A stretch of 64,000 nucleotides of DNA, from the NCBI RefSeq assembly GCF_036971445.1, contig NC_091473.1, positions 81,716,001 through 81,780,000 on the forward strand. The letters run 5' to 3'. Position numbers and translations under genes: made by a program. A model generated the notes under the pieces. That model worked only from the letters and a program-made list of their open reading frames with translations. It was not told where the DNA came from and searched no databases. This stretch comes from Narcine bancroftii (taxonomy: Eukaryota). Position 1 is the stretch's first letter, and each line of letters opens with the position of its first letter. Shown here in pieces: positions 62,520 through 64,000 of the stretch.

Positions 62520-62686
62520 TGTCCATTGCAGCTACAGCAATCTATACATATGCCTGGCTCATTCCTCTTGGACTCTGGGGCTTTCTGATGTGGAGAAACA
62601 ATAAAGTGATGAACATTGTTTCTTATTCATTCCTGGAGATAGTGTGTGTCTATGGATACTCACTGTTTATTTACATTCCTACTGCA
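62520..62686 (+). CDS. YIPF1: YIPF1 coding exon 6 (gene continues past the window)
   Basis: VSIAATAIYTYAWLIPLGLWGFLMWRNNKVMNIVSYSFLEIVCVYGYSLFIYIPTA; AG/GTAAGT. Confidence 0.95.
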
Positions 62687-64000
62687 GTAAGTATGGGATT
62701 GTTTTTGAACTTGGGTTAAATTCATTGGGGTGGTGGAGCACTTGAGGAAAGTATATGTAGAAAAACCCATTTGAAATTTAGGGGGAATAGGAAAGTTTAA
62801 CTTTAGAAGATCATGTCATAATATCAATAGAGTAAAGCAGTAAGAATTGTTAGCTTACTGATTTTGGGTTAATGATGACGCGACATTCTTGGATCCAGTT
62901 TTGCTATTCATTGTTGAAGATGATTATGACCTGTCTGAGAGATGAACCGGTGCGGACTTGAAAGGCCGACATGGCCTGTTTCCGCTCCGTAAATGGTTAT
63001 GTGGTTATGAAATGTTTGCTGAGGTGATTTAAATTATAGCTGGGATTAGAAATTCCTGGAGAAACTTCACCAGCCAGTTTTAGTGGTTTTGTTGTAGTTT
63101 GTAATAGACCTCTGATATTAGGCTGCCTGATGCTTGGAAAACAATAGATAGATGATTCAAAGATTACAGAAACATGTGCATCTGAATTTGGAGTGTTAAT
63201 CCATGCTGTTTGTAAATTTTTAAAGAGAAAAATAAAGTGCAATTGATATTATTTTAATTCAGACTGCAGACAAATAAATATAGGAGGTAAGGAGCAGGAA
63301 TAAATTTAGGATTCTTGTTGAAGACCTACATCAAGAACCTCTTATGAAGCATCACAATACTGATTTTTGAGGTGATATTTTTTTAGAAATGTAGCTCTGA
63401 CCTTTTCAGAGGTACCCTTGTGAAAACAGTTTTATCGCACTATTTTTTCCATCATTTCTGGCCACTGCAAATTGAATGTGTTAATCAGTCATTCTTTGCA
63501 TGAGATGATGTAATCTTGCAGTCACATAAAAAGCTGGAAACAGGCTCTTTAGTCTTCTGGGTCCCATTTCATTCTTTCCCCTCTTCCCTTCCCCCCCAAT
63601 CCCATTACTTATAACCATATAACCGTTTACAGCATGGAAACAGGCCATGTCGGCCCTTCAAGTCCGTACCGGTTCACTTGAACAACTCCACTAGTTCCTC
63701 CGCAAACTCCTGAGGAAGTAGAGGCTTTCTTCATGATGCTATTGGTGTGTTGGTTCCTTTCTCCCACATGTGAATTGAATTATGTAATGTTCAGAGCACA
63801 ATTTTAATTGCTGAGATAAATTAGATCTCAGATCCTGACTATATTTAGTCACTTGCATCACTTGATCAGCAGTTTCCTAATTTATTAAAGACATTTGACT
63901 TTGTTCCATTCCAGTGCTGGTTGCCTTTAAATTGTGTAATTGCCAGCTTCAGCTATTCTCTGTGCCCTATCCATGGCCCCTTACTCAAACTTCCCTGAGC

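Overview
Vertebrate nuclear DNA, probably from a cartilaginous fish (inferred from the repeat landscape). It carries the conserved block LRRC42(-) / HSPB11=IFT25(+) / DIO1(-) / YIPF1(+), with two head-to-head CpG-island promoters. HSPB11 (5 coding exons) and the selenoprotein DIO1 (4 coding exons, in-frame UGA at 39154-39156) are complete. LRRC42 and YIPF1 run off the window ends. Introns are filled with repeats: a 6.2-kb perfect minisatellite derived from a Penelope-like element, three RTE LINE copies (one near full length, one 5'-inverted), L1/Tx1 and CR1 fragments, two degenerate Gypsy elements, two solo LTRs, hAT and Tc1/pogo MITEs, and tRNA-derived SINEs. Three signals stand out. (i) The DIO1 3' region holds several related SECIS-like hairpins, one with a non-canonical core. 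(ii) Both Gypsy elements lack a tRNA PBS and instead carry a 14-nt sequence complementary to their own LTR poly(A)-signal region, with different sequences in each element. (iii) One RTE copy has a twin-priming-type inversion. All calls are by eye; no searches or folding programs were run.
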